From the NCBI GenBank assembly GCA_938038445.1, contig CALHRZ010000003.1, positions 86,788 to 150,787 of the forward strand: a stretch of 64,000 bases of DNA, in the 5' to 3' direction. Position 1 is the first letter of the stretch. The number at the start of each line of letters is the position of its first letter. Positions 37,020 to 47,435 of this stretch are shown here, one piece after another. The notes under the pieces were generated by a model. It did not search any database, was not told the origin of the DNA, and saw nothing but the letters and a program-made list of their open reading frames with translations. The DNA comes from an uncultured bacterium. GTDB lineage: Bacteria > Verrucomicrobiota > Kiritimatiellia > CAIKKV01. A program made the translations under genes and the position numbers.

Positions 37020-38315
37020 ATGAACGGGATTCAGGGATTAGGCCGGACGGATCGTCCGCTGACCGAGCAAGAGGTTATGGCCCTGTGCGACGAGGCCATG
37101 GCTGGATGGTCGGTGGATGGCCGGCGGGTTTTGGTGTTGGTGCCCGACCACACGCGGACCTGTCCGTTGCCCTTGATGTTTCGCCTGGTCTATGAGCGGT
37201 TGGCCCCGCGCGTTCGGGAGCTTAATTTTCTCATCGCGTTGGGTACCCACCCTCCCATGGCGCACGAGCGGATCTGCGCACTAATGGGGATTACCCCTGA
37301 AGCCCATCGGACGCGCTATTCCAAGGCCCGATTTTTCAACCACGAGTATAAAAACCCGGCGGTGCTTTCGGAAGTGGGCCGACTGACCCGCGAGGAAATT
37401 CGGGCCATCACGGAAGGACGCTTTGAGCTGGACGTCCGCATTACGGTCAATCGGTTGGTGCTCGAGCATGACTTCGTCCTTATCATTGGGCCGGTCTTTC
37501 CCCATGAAGTCGTGGGTTTTTCGGGTGGCAACAAGTATCTGTTTCCCGGCGTTTCCGGCCAAGAGATCATTGATTTTTTCCATTGGCTAGGCGCGGTTAT
37601 TACCAATCCGGTTATCATTGGGAACAAGTGGACACCTGTTCGAAGGGTGGTCGACCGGGCGGCGAAGCTGATTCCGAGTCCCGTTCGGGCTCTCTGCATG
37701 GTGGTGAAAGGGCATGATCTGGCAGGGCTCTATTATGGCACGAGCGAGGAGGCATGGAGCGCGGCGGCCGATCTTTCCCGCCAACTGCATATCCTGTTTT
37801 ACGAGAGGCCTTTTCACACGGTCCTTTCGTGCGCTCCTCCGATGTACGACGACCTTTGGACGGGGGGGAAATGCATGTACAAGTTGGAACCCGTTGTTGC
37901 GGACGGTGGGACGGTGATCATCTATGCGCCGCATATTCGGGAAGTATCGGAGACGCATGGCCGGATCATTCGGGAAGTTGGATACCACACGCTGGACTAT
38001 TTTTTGAAGCAGTGGGAACGTTTCCGTCATTACCCTTGGGGTGTGCTGGCCCATTCGACCCATGTCAAAGGGATTGGCAGTTATGAAAACGGCGTTGAAA
38101 CGCCGCGGGTCCAGGTGGTGTTGGCGACGGGGATTTCGGAGGACGAGTGCCGGCGGATCAACCTGGGGTATCGGGATCCGGCCTCGATCCGCCTTGCAGA
38201 TTTTCAGAACCGGGAAGAGGAAGGAATTCTTTGCGTGCCCAAAGCGGGGGAGATGCTGTACCGTTGGAAGCATGCGCCGCCTCGGTTGGGCGGTTCCATT
38301 GGAACACAACCCTGA
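37020..38315 (+). CDS. LarA-family (nickel-pincer) 2-hydroxyacid racemase/epimerase
   Basis: VPDHTR, IALGTH, PHEVVGFSGGNK.LFPG; AGGAG RBS; upstream TATACT. Confidence 0.85.
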   Translation: MNGIQGLGRTDRPLTEQEVMALCDEAMAGWSVDGRRVLVLVPDHTRTCPLPLMFRLVYERLAPRVRELNFLIALGTHPPMAHERICALMGITPEAHRTRYSKARFFNHEYKNPAVLSEVGRLTREEIRAITEGRFELDVRITVNRLVLEHDFVLIIGPVFPHEVVGFSGGNKYLFPGVSGQEIIDFFHWLGAVITNPVIIGNKWTPVRRVVDRAAKLIPSPVRALCMVVKGHDLAGLYYGTSEEAWSAAADLSRQLHILFYERPFHTVLSCAPPMYDDLWTGGKCMYKLEPVVADGGTVIIYAPHIREVSETHGRIIREVGYHTLDYFLKQWERFRHYPWGVLAHSTHVKGIGSYENGVETPRVQVVLATGISEDECRRINLGYRDPASIRLADFQNREEEGILCVPKAGEMLYRWKHAPPRLGGSIGTQP

Positions 38316-38332
38316 AATCATGAGGAAATCCC

Positions 38333-39196
38333 ATGAGTATTGAATTGCCGATTCCCCTATCGCTTGCCGGAAAGACTGCCGTGGTCACGGGCGGCGGCGG
38401 GGTTCTCTGCGGCTATATGTCGAAAGTTTTGGGCAAAGCCGGCGCGAAGGTGGCGGTGTTAGACCTCCGACAAGAGGCGGCGGAGGCTGTGGCCCGGGCG
38501 ATCGGAACGGAGGGGGGAAAGGCGATCGGGCTTGCTTGCAACGTATTGGATCGCGCCGTGTTGGAGCAGGCGGCGGTCGAAATTGAAAAGCGGCTTGGTC
38601 CTCCTGATATTCTCGTCAATGGGGCAGGCGGAAACCACAAACTAGCCACCACAAGCAAGGAGCGACTTGAAGCCGAGGACTTGCGGAAAGAAGCGGAGGG
38701 GTTGGTGACCTTTTTCGATCTGGATCCGAAGGGGGTTGAATTCGTCTTCAACCTAAACTTCCTTGGCACCCTGCTGCCCACGCAGGTTTTTGCCCGTCGA
38801 ATGGCCGAACGGGGAGGGGGCGTGATTGTCAATATCTCCTCGATGAATGCCTTCAAGCCGCTCACCAAGATTCCGGCTTACAGTGCGGCGAAGGCGGCGG
38901 TGAGCAACTTTACCCAATGGCTGGCGGTGCATTTAGCCCCTGTTCATGTTCGTGTGAACGCGATAGCGCCGGGATTTTTTTTGGCCGATCAGAATCGGGC
39001 CTTGTTGACGCGGGAGGACGGGTCATTGACTCCCCGCGGGCAGACGATTATCCAGCATACGCCGATGGGGCGGTTTGGAAATCCGGAAGACCTGGGGGGT
39101 GCTTTGTTGTTTTTGTGCTCCGAGAAAGCCTCGGGATTTGTCAATGGCGTTGTATTGCCGGTAGATGGCGGATTCAGTGCGTTTAGCGGAGTATGA
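38333..39196 (+). CDS. SDR oxidoreductase, D-mannonate oxidoreductase (UxuB)-like
   Basis: TGGGGVL, NGAGGN, FNLNFLGTLLPTQVF, PLTKIPAYSAAKAAVSNFTQWLAVH. Confidence 0.82.
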   Translation: MSIELPIPLSLAGKTAVVTGGGGVLCGYMSKVLGKAGAKVAVLDLRQEAAEAVARAIGTEGGKAIGLACNVLDRAVLEQAAVEIEKRLGPPDILVNGAGGNHKLATTSKERLEAEDLRKEAEGLVTFFDLDPKGVEFVFNLNFLGTLLPTQVFARRMAERGGGVIVNISSMNAFKPLTKIPAYSAAKAAVSNFTQWLAVHLAPVHVRVNAIAPGFFLADQNRALLTREDGSLTPRGQTIIQHTPMGRFGNPEDLGGALLFLCSEKASGFVNGVVLPVDGGFSAFSGV

Positions 39197-39211
39197 CTAT
39201 AAACTTGAAAA

Positions 39212-40681
39212 ATGGAGAGCGACATGACAGCGCAGGCGGACATCGGTGTGGTGGGGTTGGCGGTGATGGGGGAAAACCTTATCCTTAACATGGAGAGCAA
39301 AGGGTTCACGGTAGCTTGCTTCAACCGGACGGTGGGCAAGGTGGATGATTTTCTTAACGGCCGCGGAAAGGGCAAGAGGATTCTCGGTGCCCATTCGTTG
39401 GCCGAGTTCATTGCGTTGTTGAAGCCTCCCCGCAAAATCATGCTGATGGTCAAAGCGGGCAAGCCGGTGGACGAGTTCATCGAGCAACTGGTTCCCCATT
39501 TGGCAGCGGGCGATATTGTGATTGACGGTGGCAATACCCACTATCCCGACACGGTACGGCGGACTCGGACATTAGCGGAGAAGGGGATTCTATTTGTCGG
39601 CACAGGCGTCAGCGGCGGGGAAGAGGGTGCGTTGCTCGGGCCGGCATTAATGCCTGGAGGAAATCCGGCCGCCTGGCCGGCGATTGAACCGATCTTCAAG
39701 GCGATAGCGGCCAAAGCCGAGGATGGGGTTCCGTGTTGCGCATGGATTGGGCCGGACGGTGCCGGTCATTTTGTCAAGATGGTCCATAATGGGATCGAAT
39801 ATGGCGACATGCAGCTCATCTGCGAGGCTTATGATTTGATGGGGCGGGGTCTGGGGATGAAGCCCCTGGAGATGCACAAGGTTTTTGCCGAATGGAATCG
39901 GGGGGTTTTGGATTCCTATTTGATCGAGATTACCCGCGATATTTTAGCCCGGACGGACGAGGAGACGGGCAAGCCGATGGTGGACGTGATTCTGGACACG
40001 GCCGGCCAGAAAGGGACGGGTAAGTGGACCAGCCAAGCCGGGTTGGATTTAGGGGTAGGCATTCCCCAGATAGCGGAGGCGGTATTTGCCCGATGTCTTT
40101 CGGCCATCAAGGAGGAGCGGGTGGCCGCATCGCGCAAGTTGGTGGGGCCGAATGGGCGTTTTCGCGGCAATCGCAAGACGTTTGTGGAGCAACTTCGGCA
40201 GGCGGTGTACGCCTCCAAGATCTGCTCCTACACGCAGGGGTTTCAGCTTCTGCGCGCAGCGTCCGTGGAGTACAAATGGGATTTGAAATTCGGCGAAATC
40301 GCGACGATTTGGCGTGCCGGCTGCATTATTCGGGCTCGTTTCCTCGGCCGGATCAAGGAGGCGTTTGACCGTCAGCCCGAGCTGCCCAGTTTGCTTTTGG
40401 ATCCGTATTTCAAGCGGGTGGTTACGCAGTCGCAGGATGCCTGGCGGAATGTGGTAAAAACGGCGGTGACGCTGGGCATTCCCGTTCCAGCCATGGGCAC
40501 AGCGCTCAATTATTACGACATGTATCGCGCCGAGCGGTTGCCGGCCAATCTTTTGCAAGCGCAGCGGGATTATTTCGGCGCGCACACATTCGAGCGGGTG
40601 GACAAACCTCGGGGCCAGTTTTTCCATGTGGACTGGACGGGGCACGGGGGCACGACGACGGCAAACGCTTACGTCGTGTGA
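39212..40681 (+). CDS. gnd: 6-phosphogluconate dehydrogenase, decarboxylating (NADP)
   Basis: [53 protein letters not shown]. Confidence 0.97.
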   Translation: MESDMTAQADIGVVGLAVMGENLILNMESKGFTVACFNRTVGKVDDFLNGRGKGKRILGAHSLAEFIALLKPPRKIMLMVKAGKPVDEFIEQLVPHLAAGDIVIDGGNTHYPDTVRRTRTLAEKGILFVGTGVSGGEEGALLGPALMPGGNPAAWPAIEPIFKAIAAKAEDGVPCCAWIGPDGAGHFVKMVHNGIEYGDMQLICEAYDLMGRGLGMKPLEMHKVFAEWNRGVLDSYLIEITRDILARTDEETGKPMVDVILDTAGQKGTGKWTSQAGLDLGVGIPQIAEAVFARCLSAIKEERVAASRKLVGPNGRFRGNRKTFVEQLRQAVYASKICSYTQGFQLLRAASVEYKWDLKFGEIATIWRAGCIIRARFLGRIKEAFDRQPELPSLLLDPYFKRVVTQSQDAWRNVVKTAVTLGIPVPAMGTALNYYDMYRAERLPANLLQAQRDYFGAHTFERVDKPRGQFFHVDWTGHGGTTTANAYVV

Positions 40682-41115
40682 GGCGGGGTATCTCGTTGGA
40701 TCCGTTTCAGTTCGAAGGGGTGCGGCAGAAGGTCTCCGAACGGGAAGATTTTCACGGGGTCTTCTTTTCCCTGAAGGGCGATGGGGAAATCGGCCTTCAC
40801 GAATTCCGCGAGCACCTGACGGCAGGCGCCGCAGGGCAGGGGGGGCGTTATGGAACGGGGGGCTACGATTGCAAGCCGTTGAAAGGAACGCACGCCCTGG
40901 GAGATGGCGGCGGCAATCGCCGTGCGTTCCGCGCAGAGGGTCAGGCCGTAGGAACTGTTTTCAACGTTGCAACCGGTGATGATTCGGCCATCCGTTGTTT
41001 CCAACGCGGCGCCGACGGGAAAGCGAGAATAGGGGGCATACGCCTTTTGGGCGGCCTGGCGGGCGGCAGCCAAAAGAGGCGTGAAATCGGCGGGAGTGTG
41101 GGAGGGCTTTTTCAT
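40669..41115 (-). CDS. cdd: Cytidine deaminase
   Basis: [33 protein letters not shown]. Confidence 0.95.
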   Translation of the reverse strand: MKKPSHTPADFTPLLAAARQAAQKAYAPYSRFPVGAALETTDGRIITGCNVENSSYGLTLCAERTAIAAAISQGVRSFQRLAIVAPRSITPPLPCGACRQVLAEFVKADFPIALQGKEDPVKIFPFGDLLPHPFELKRIQRDTPPHTT

Positions 41116-41981
41116 GGTATCGGCGGGTTGTCGGGCGGGGGAGGCGAAGCGTGCAGGGCGGTCAGCCACTGTTGAAGGCGATTGCGGCCTTGGGTGGCGG
41201 CGGTGACGATCTCTTCATGGCGCAGGGGGTTGGGGGCGAGACCGGCCGCCCGGTTTGCGACCAGGGAAAGGGCGAGAACCTCCATTCCGAGCGATCGGGC
41301 TGCGATGGCTTCGGGAACGGTGGACATACCCACCAGATCCGCTCCGAGAAGGGCTAGCGCTTGGACTTCTGCGGGCGTTTCGTAGGACGGACCTGATACG
41401 AACGCGTAGGTACCTTCTTTTAAGAAAATTCCGACGTGTTCGGCAACTTGCCGGGCCCAGGTGCGCAACGGGACGCAATAGACCTCCGTGAGATCGGGGA
41501 AGCGTGGTCCCCAGAGGGGTTGGTGAGGGCCTCGGAAGGGGTGATCCCCGAGGAGGTTGAGGTGATCACGGATCAGAACGAGATCACCAGGGGCCAAATC
41601 CCGGCGGATACCGCCGGCGGCATTCAGGAGCAGCATGCGTGTTGCGCCCAGAGCATGGCTGAGATAGACGGGGAGAAGGACTGGAAGCCAACCTTCGCCT
41701 TCGTACCAGTGGCGGCGTCCGCGGAAGACTATCCAATGTTTTCCGAGCCAATGGAGGAACTGAATACGGCTGGAATGACCGGCGACGGTGGGGGCGCCCA
41801 GTCCCGGTACTTCCGTGGTGGAGCATTCGGTCAAGGTTGAGGAGCCGGAAAATTCGAGGTCGCTCTGACCGGAACCGAGAATGGCGCCCCATTCGATGGG
41901 TGCGTCGGGCGCGCGGGCGCGGATGGCAGCGGTGGCGCGCTCGAGGCATGGACGGTCAAGATGGGGCGGGAGGGGGATCAT
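41112..41981 (-). CDS. punA: Purine-nucleoside phosphorylase (trimeric type)
   Basis: ILGSG, GR.H.YEG, NAAGG, GPSYETPAE, GMSTVPE. Confidence 0.92.
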   Translation of the reverse strand: MIPLPPHLDRPCLERATAAIRARAPDAPIEWGAILGSGQSDLEFSGSSTLTECSTTEVPGLGAPTVAGHSSRIQFLHWLGKHWIVFRGRRHWYEGEGWLPVLLPVYLSHALGATRMLLLNAAGGIRRDLAPGDLVLIRDHLNLLGDHPFRGPHQPLWGPRFPDLTEVYCVPLRTWARQVAEHVGIFLKEGTYAFVSGPSYETPAEVQALALLGADLVGMSTVPEAIAARSLGMEVLALSLVANRAAGLAPNPLRHEEIVTAATQGRNRLQQWLTALHASPPPPDNPPIP

Positions 41982-43297
41982 GTTCCGAGCGAATCGAGAT
42001 CTTCGAGGAGGAGCGGAGGAGATTCGGGCTGCGATTCCGTGATATGAAAGGCGCGCTCCATCCAAGGCGTTGCGGCCTGAATCCGTTTGGCGTGCGAGGC
42101 ATGGAGTTCAGCGAAGGGTTCCCCTTTTTCCACTCGTTCGCCGATTTTTTTGAGGTGGGAAATGCCGGCATTCGGATCGACGGGATCCTCGACTTTCGCG
42201 CGTCCGGCGCCGAGGAGCAGCACGGCGCGGCCAATCGCTTCGGCATTCACGGCGGCGATCCAACCGCTTTTGGTGCTTAGGATTGGGATTTTGAGAGAGG
42301 CGTGACCTTCGATGGAGTCGGGATTTTCGAGAAAGGCGGGATCGCCGCCATGGAGACGGACCATTTTGAGGAACGAGCGGAAGGCGGCACCGGAGCGGAG
42401 AGCTTTTTCCATGAGCGGATAAGCCTCGGCGTCGGTTGGGACCAATCCTCCCAGACGGAGCATGCGAGCCGTTAGGGCCAAGGTCAGAGCGCGCGTGTCT
42501 TTCGGTCCTTCGTTTTGGAGGATCCGAACGGCCTCCGCGACTTCCACGCGGTTGCCCGCCGAACGGCCGAGGGGCTGATCCATGGCGGTTATCCAGCCGG
42601 AAACGGGCAGGCCGAGGAGGCGGCCGACATCCCGTAAGGAGCTGGCGAGAGCGCGGGCGGAATTGCGGTCGGTCATAAAGGCGCCGTGCCCGCATTTGAC
42701 GTCCAGGACCAATCCGTTGAGAGATTCGGCTAATTTTTTACTCAGGATGCTGGAGGTGATGAGGGGGATGGAGGGCACGGTGCCGGTAACGTCGCGGAGG
42801 GCGTATAGTTTACGGTCGGCCGGGCAAAGATGGGGCGTTTGGCCCATGATGGAGCAACCGCAGGTTTCCACGATACGGGCAAATTCGGCCGGAGCGAGGT
42901 CGGTTCGGTAGCCTGGGATGGATTCCATTTTATCGAGGGTTCCGCCGGTCAAGCCGAGACCACGGCCGGAGATCATGGGGACGGCGAGTCCGCAAGCGGC
43001 GGCGAGGGGCGCGAGAGCGAGGGAGATTTTGTCGCCAATGCCGCCGGTGGAGTGTTTATCCACGCGGGGGGGGGTCAAGGTGTGGAGGTCCAGGCGGTCT
43101 CCGGAGTCGAGCATAGCCTGGGTGAGGGCGGCTGTTTCTTCGAGCGTCATTCCTTTGAAATAGACGGCCATCGCGAAGGCGGCCATTTGGTAATCGGGAA
43201 TACGGCCTTGGGCGAAGTCGAGCACGAACTTCCGGATCTGGTCAGGTGGGAGTGCGTGGCCGTCGCGTTTTGCCTCGATGATCCATTGGGGGAGCAT
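41978..43297 (-). CDS. pdp: Pyrimidine-nucleoside/thymidine phosphorylase
   Basis: IPDYQ, DKHSTGG.GDK, SGRGLG.TGGTLDK, RDVTGTV, SILSKK, LDVKCG. Confidence 0.94.
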   Translation of the reverse strand: MLPQWIIEAKRDGHALPPDQIRKFVLDFAQGRIPDYQMAAFAMAVYFKGMTLEETAALTQAMLDSGDRLDLHTLTPPRVDKHSTGGIGDKISLALAPLAAACGLAVPMISGRGLGLTGGTLDKMESIPGYRTDLAPAEFARIVETCGCSIMGQTPHLCPADRKLYALRDVTGTVPSIPLITSSILSKKLAESLNGLVLDVKCGHGAFMTDRNSARALASSLRDVGRLLGLPVSGWITAMDQPLGRSAGNRVEVAEAVRILQNEGPKDTRALTLALTARMLRLGGLVPTDAEAYPLMEKALRSGAAFRSFLKMVRLHGGDPAFLENPDSIEGHASLKIPILSTKSGWIAAVNAEAIGRAVLLLGAGRAKVEDPVDPNAGISHLKKIGERVEKGEPFAELHASHAKRIQAATPWMERAFHITESQPESPPLLLEDLDSLGT

Positions 43298-43360
43298 GTG
43301 AAGGATGGTATTTGGGAGGAGGGGGTCCGGTCAAGATAAGGACGCGCCCCACCTAGAAAA

Positions 43361-44719
43361 TCAGCGAGGGAATTTCAAGACCCATGCCGGCTGGTCGCGA
43401 TCCAAGCGGCCTTGGTTCTGCACAGCAAATCCCTGGGCTGTTGGGTTCCAGCGGATCGGTTGTTGGTCGGAAAGAAGCAGCACTTCGGATCCGGGGGGAG
43501 GGCAGATGTCGGTGATTTCGATTTTGGCGGGGATGGTTGCGGGCTCGTAAACATTAAGGAGGATGGCGAAGACGTCCTGGCCCTTGGTTGTGAAGCGGGT
43601 GTTTCCGGTTGAGAAAGGGGGGAAGGGTCGGGTGCCGTAGATGGACACGCCGTTGGTTTTCATCCATTGACCGATCGCTTTGAGCCGCTCCGCTGCGACC
43701 GGGGGGATGACGCCTTGGGCGTCCGGTCCGATGCCGAGGAGGAGGTTGCCGCCTTTGCAGCTGGTTTCGGCCAACATGCGAATGACGTCGCTGGCTTGTT
43801 TGTACGAGTCGTTGGGAAAAAACTTCCAGTAGTTTCCGAGTGTGATGCAGGACTCCCAGGGGACGTTCAGCGGCCGTTCCGGTATTTTCTGTTCTGGCGT
43901 GATGAAGTCTTCGTACTCTCCGCCCACGGTCCGGTCGGCGATGATAAGGCCGGGTTGGTGTGTTCGCGCCATGGCGGCAAGTTCCGGCATCCGAATGTCC
44001 TGGGACGGCGGACGCACTTGCCCTCCATCGAGCCACAGGATGTCGAGTCGGCCGTAGCCGGTCATCAGCTCTTGGATTTGTGCATGCACGAACCGTACGA
44101 ATTTTTCCCAGAGATCCGGGTATTGGGTGGTGTCGTAGTTAGGGTTTCGGTTGACCACGGGGAAGTGAGGGGCCCAATACCATGGGCAATGCCAGTCTGA
44201 CTTGGAGAAATAGCAACTGACGGCCAGCCCGCGCCTTCGGGCAGCGTCGAAAACCTCCTTGGCCACATTGGCCCGGGGATGGGAGTGAAAAGGGCAAAAG
44301 GGGTGCGTAATGCGGTAATCGGTGGTGCGGGTGTCGAACATGCAGAATCCGTCGTGATGTTTGGTCGTGAAGGCCAGGTATTTAATTCCGGCGCTTACCG
44401 CGAGGTCGACCCAGGCATTGGGATCGAACAGGACAGGGTTGAACGTGGTTGGGAGCGCCCGATAATCTTTACAGAATCGTTCGAAATCCCTGCCGCGCTC
44501 TGTCCAGCATCGAAACTCATCTTTTCGCGCCCAGTTGTCGGCCGGGGAGAGGCCCCACGACTCGAAGCAGTCCCATTGAGCATACGGTCCCCAGTGAACA
44601 ATCATTCCGAAGCGTAGATCCATAAACTCATTGAGGCGTTTGCGCAGCCAATCCGGCTTGTCTTTGGAAATATCGGTTTCGTTGCTGTGATCCACAATGT
44701 CATCTGTTATGCGCGTCAT
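43361..44719 (-). CDS. Alpha-L-fucosidase (GH29)
   Basis: RFGMIVHWG, TTKHHDGF, SDWH, ILWLDG, GGNLLL. Start placed at ATG 44719 after AGGAG. Confidence 0.9.
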   Translation of the reverse strand: MTRITDDIVDHSNETDISKDKPDWLRKRLNEFMDLRFGMIVHWGPYAQWDCFESWGLSPADNWARKDEFRCWTERGRDFERFCKDYRALPTTFNPVLFDPNAWVDLAVSAGIKYLAFTTKHHDGFCMFDTRTTDYRITHPFCPFHSHPRANVAKEVFDAARRRGLAVSCYFSKSDWHCPWYWAPHFPVVNRNPNYDTTQYPDLWEKFVRFVHAQIQELMTGYGRLDILWLDGGQVRPPSQDIRMPELAAMARTHQPGLIIADRTVGGEYEDFITPEQKIPERPLNVPWESCITLGNYWKFFPNDSYKQASDVIRMLAETSCKGGNLLLGIGPDAQGVIPPVAAERLKAIGQWMKTNGVSIYGTRPFPPFSTGNTRFTTKGQDVFAILLNVYEPATIPAKIEITDICPPPGSEVLLLSDQQPIRWNPTAQGFAVQNQGRLDRDQPAWVLKFPR

Positions 44720-44751
44720 GTTGGTTCTCCTCATGCATCGTGTCATACAGT

Positions 44752-44778
44752 TTCCGGCATGGGGAGTGCCGGAACTAC
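44752..44778. repeat. Single GTAG-type REP-like palindrome
   Basis: TTCCGGCATGGGGAGTGCCGGAACTAC, the same family as the 19.7-kb and 36.6-kb copies. Confidence 0.8.
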
Positions 44779-44897
44779 AAGGGGGGGCGGAACGGAGTGG
44801 GGAACTCCAGGAAAGGGAGGGCGATTCGAACACAATTTCCGGCTGAAGGGAGGTCCACGTTCGGTGGGGGGGATGAAGGCAAATGCACGGACGGTTT

Positions 44898-46196
44898 TTA
44901 TTGGGGGGGAGCGACGGCGGTTCGGGCGCATTGGACTTGCCAGCGAAGAATTGCGGCGCGTAATTCGCTTTGGAGGGCCGCATAGCCGGGGTTATGGACG
45001 TGATTGTGGAGTTCGTAGGGGTCGGTGTCGAGGTTGAACAGCATGGTGGGCGTGTTGTCGGGATCTTCCGTTACGAGTTTATAAGGGCCATGCCGAATCA
45101 TTTTCCATCGTTTCATTTCCGAAAAAACGAGGCCGTTGGGGGGCAGGCAAAGGCCGCGGGTGATGGGGGCAAAGGAGCGGCCGGGCAGATGGGCAAGGGG
45201 GGGAAGTCCGAACCAGTCGAGGATGGTGGGAAAGAAATCCACACCGGAGACGAGCGCGTCGGAAACGACGTTTTGGGGGCCGGTGGGGCAACGCACGATC
45301 AGGGGGATCCCGCTGGATTCCTCGTGGGGGAGGCATTTATTTTTGAGACCGTGGCTTCCCTGCATATCGCCGTGATCCGAGGTGAAGACCACGACAGTGT
45401 CGCCGTCAATTCCGAGTTGTTCCAGTTCGTTCAGGAGGCGGCCGACGCAGTGATCCAGATGGGAGACCATTCCGTAGTACAGGCGGAGATATTCGTCGAG
45501 GTTATGTCCATAGCGTTGGTAATCCGGGCATGCGTTGGGAGGCCAGGGGCTTGGGGGGCTCCACGTTCTCGTATAAGGGTCTATTTCCTGGCAGTTCGGC
45601 CTGCGCCGGAGTGTGCGGCCGGCGTAACGGATTGCGAATTCGGGAGGCGGTTGCACGGGGTAATGGGGCGCTTGGTATCCGATAAAAAGCGCGAAGGGTT
45701 GTCGGGCCAATTTGCGCAGCCGTTCGATTGCGAGGGCAGTGGCGGCCTCTTCTCGGTGGACATCAAAGCGATGCGTGCGCCCTTCTTCGTCATAAAAGCA
45801 CACATTCTGATAGAAGCCGTTGTAGCACTGGTAGCCGATGAAATCGCGAAAGCCGCCCCGGAGGGAAGAGGGGATAGGTCCATTGCCTTTTCCCCCGATA
45901 TGCCATTTGCCGACGAAGCTGGTCCGAACTCCGGCGTTTTCCAAAACTTGGGGCAAGGTGGGTACGCCGGGGGGGATGGACGCTTCGTTGTTGTAGGTGC
46001 CCAATTGGGCGTTGTAGAGGCCTGTGAACAGATTGAGGCGGAAGGGCGTACAAATGGGGCAGTTTGAGTACGCGTTCCGAAAGAGGACTCCTTCCGAGGC
46101 GAGGCGGTCCAAATGGGGGGTTTCGATATCGGCCGTTCCCATGCAGCGGAGAGCGAACCGATGCATCTGGTCTGTGAAGATGAAGAGGAGATTCAT
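44898..46196 (-). CDS. Formylglycine-dependent sulfatase (S1)
   Basis: NLLFIFTDQ, CTPFR (CxPxR) followed by FTG, GKWH, PHYP, FTSDHG, DPYEL. Confidence 0.92.
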   Translation of the reverse strand: MNLLFIFTDQMHRFALRCMGTADIETPHLDRLASEGVLFRNAYSNCPICTPFRLNLFTGLYNAQLGTYNNEASIPPGVPTLPQVLENAGVRTSFVGKWHIGGKGNGPIPSSLRGGFRDFIGYQCYNGFYQNVCFYDEEGRTHRFDVHREEAATALAIERLRKLARQPFALFIGYQAPHYPVQPPPEFAIRYAGRTLRRRPNCQEIDPYTRTWSPPSPWPPNACPDYQRYGHNLDEYLRLYYGMVSHLDHCVGRLLNELEQLGIDGDTVVVFTSDHGDMQGSHGLKNKCLPHEESSGIPLIVRCPTGPQNVVSDALVSGVDFFPTILDWFGLPPLAHLPGRSFAPITRGLCLPPNGLVFSEMKRWKMIRHGPYKLVTEDPDNTPTMLFNLDTDPYELHNHVHNPGYAALQSELRAAILRWQVQCARTAVAPPQ

Positions 46197-47150
46197 TTAG
46201 AACGCCGAAGAGGGTGTGCGGGGAGGGGGATAGGTCAACAAAAGACAGGCCGTAACGAAGAGATTGCGCTCATCGGCCGAAATGAGGCGGGAGTCGGGCG
46301 GTTCGATGTCGAGGCTTTCGGCCGTCCACCATCCGAGATTGCCCTTCCGCACTTGGGAACGGGCGAGGAGGGGAAAGAAGTATTCGGACCATTGGGTCCA
46401 ATCTTTTCCGCCGGCGCGCAGCAGGGCATGGGAGAGAAGGATGGCGGTGAGGAGGGGGGAGGGATGTTTTTTCCAGTTGGTGGGGTCTAAGCGACGGATG
46501 GCTTCGAGATGACGCTCCTGGTCCGCGTGGTTTCGTTGGCGGTGGGCGAGGAGGAAAAGGGCGGCCTGCGTTGCGAGGTCGGGAGGCTGGTTGGCCCACG
46601 CTTCGATGATTCGCGGAATAGCGAGCCGGGCCAGATCGGGATTGCCTCCGCTCGTGATCATCGAGTCGACAGCCAGGCTGTGCCATTGGGTTGGGCTTTT
46701 GAATTCGAGGAGTGCGGACTGGGTTTTGAGCGATTCGAGCACGATTGGGATGCGGGTCAGGCCGTAGGCTTCTGAAAGGCACCAGACGATGAGGGCGCGG
46801 CGTTCGGGGGGATGGATCGCTTCGGGAGACGTTTCACGGATAAGGGCGCGCAGTCCTTTGCTGACCGTGAGGCCATGTTCCCACGACAGGGGGGTTTCCC
46901 CTTGCAGGAGAAACGCGAGGAGGGAGACGCTGGTGAGGAGAGCGTGGGATTCGCCGGAGCCCCAGTATCCTTCGGCGTCTTGGTGTTGAGACAACCAGCT
47001 AAGGGCGGCGGGGAGAACGTCGGGGGCCGTCCGCAGGAGGCGGGCAGGGGGGCGCGGGGCAGGTTCCTCTCGTGCTTTGAGGACAAGAGTTGGGAAGAGG
47101 GACGCAATCAGCAACCTGAAAACAATATGGGAGATTCGTATGTTTTTCAT
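46197..47150 (-). CDS. Exported prenyltransferase/squalene-cyclase (QW)-repeat-like protein
   Basis: Signal-like N-terminus and ALSWLSQHQDAEGYW. Start uncertain. Confidence 0.55.
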   Translation of the reverse strand: MKNIRISHIVFRLLIASLFPTLVLKAREEPAPRPPARLLRTAPDVLPAALSWLSQHQDAEGYWGSGESHALLTSVSLLAFLLQGETPLSWEHGLTVSKGLRALIRETSPEAIHPPERRALIVWCLSEAYGLTRIPIVLESLKTQSALLEFKSPTQWHSLAVDSMITSGGNPDLARLAIPRIIEAWANQPPDLATQAALFLLAHRQRNHADQERHLEAIRRLDPTNWKKHPSPLLTAILLSHALLRAGGKDWTQWSEYFFPLLARSQVRKGNLGWWTAESLDIEPPDSRLISADERNLFVTACLLLTYPPPRTPSSAF

Positions 47151-47359
47151 ATGGAGTGGAAATAGAGACAATATAAGCAAATGGCATAAGATTCAATCAA
47201 TCCTGAAAATCGGTGTCGTTCGCTCGCGTGGAGGTCGAGAGATGCAGAATCGAGCATACGGGAAAGGGATGGGATGGGAGTTTTCGGTTTTAGCGCCAAG
47301 GTCTTTCTTGCCGATCATTTCTCGGATCCGAAGACCGGGTTGTTTATGGGACAGAACGA

Positions 47360-47388
47360 TGGACATTCGATGACGTTTCGGATATAGT
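47360..47388 (+). promoter_or_regulatory. Sigma70-like promoter of dprA
   Basis: TGGACA-17 bp-TATAGT. Confidence 0.5.
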
Positions 47389-47435
47389 ATGTATCGGCGA
47401 GAGCGGTCCCAGCGTGCCATTTTGGAGACCGCGGT

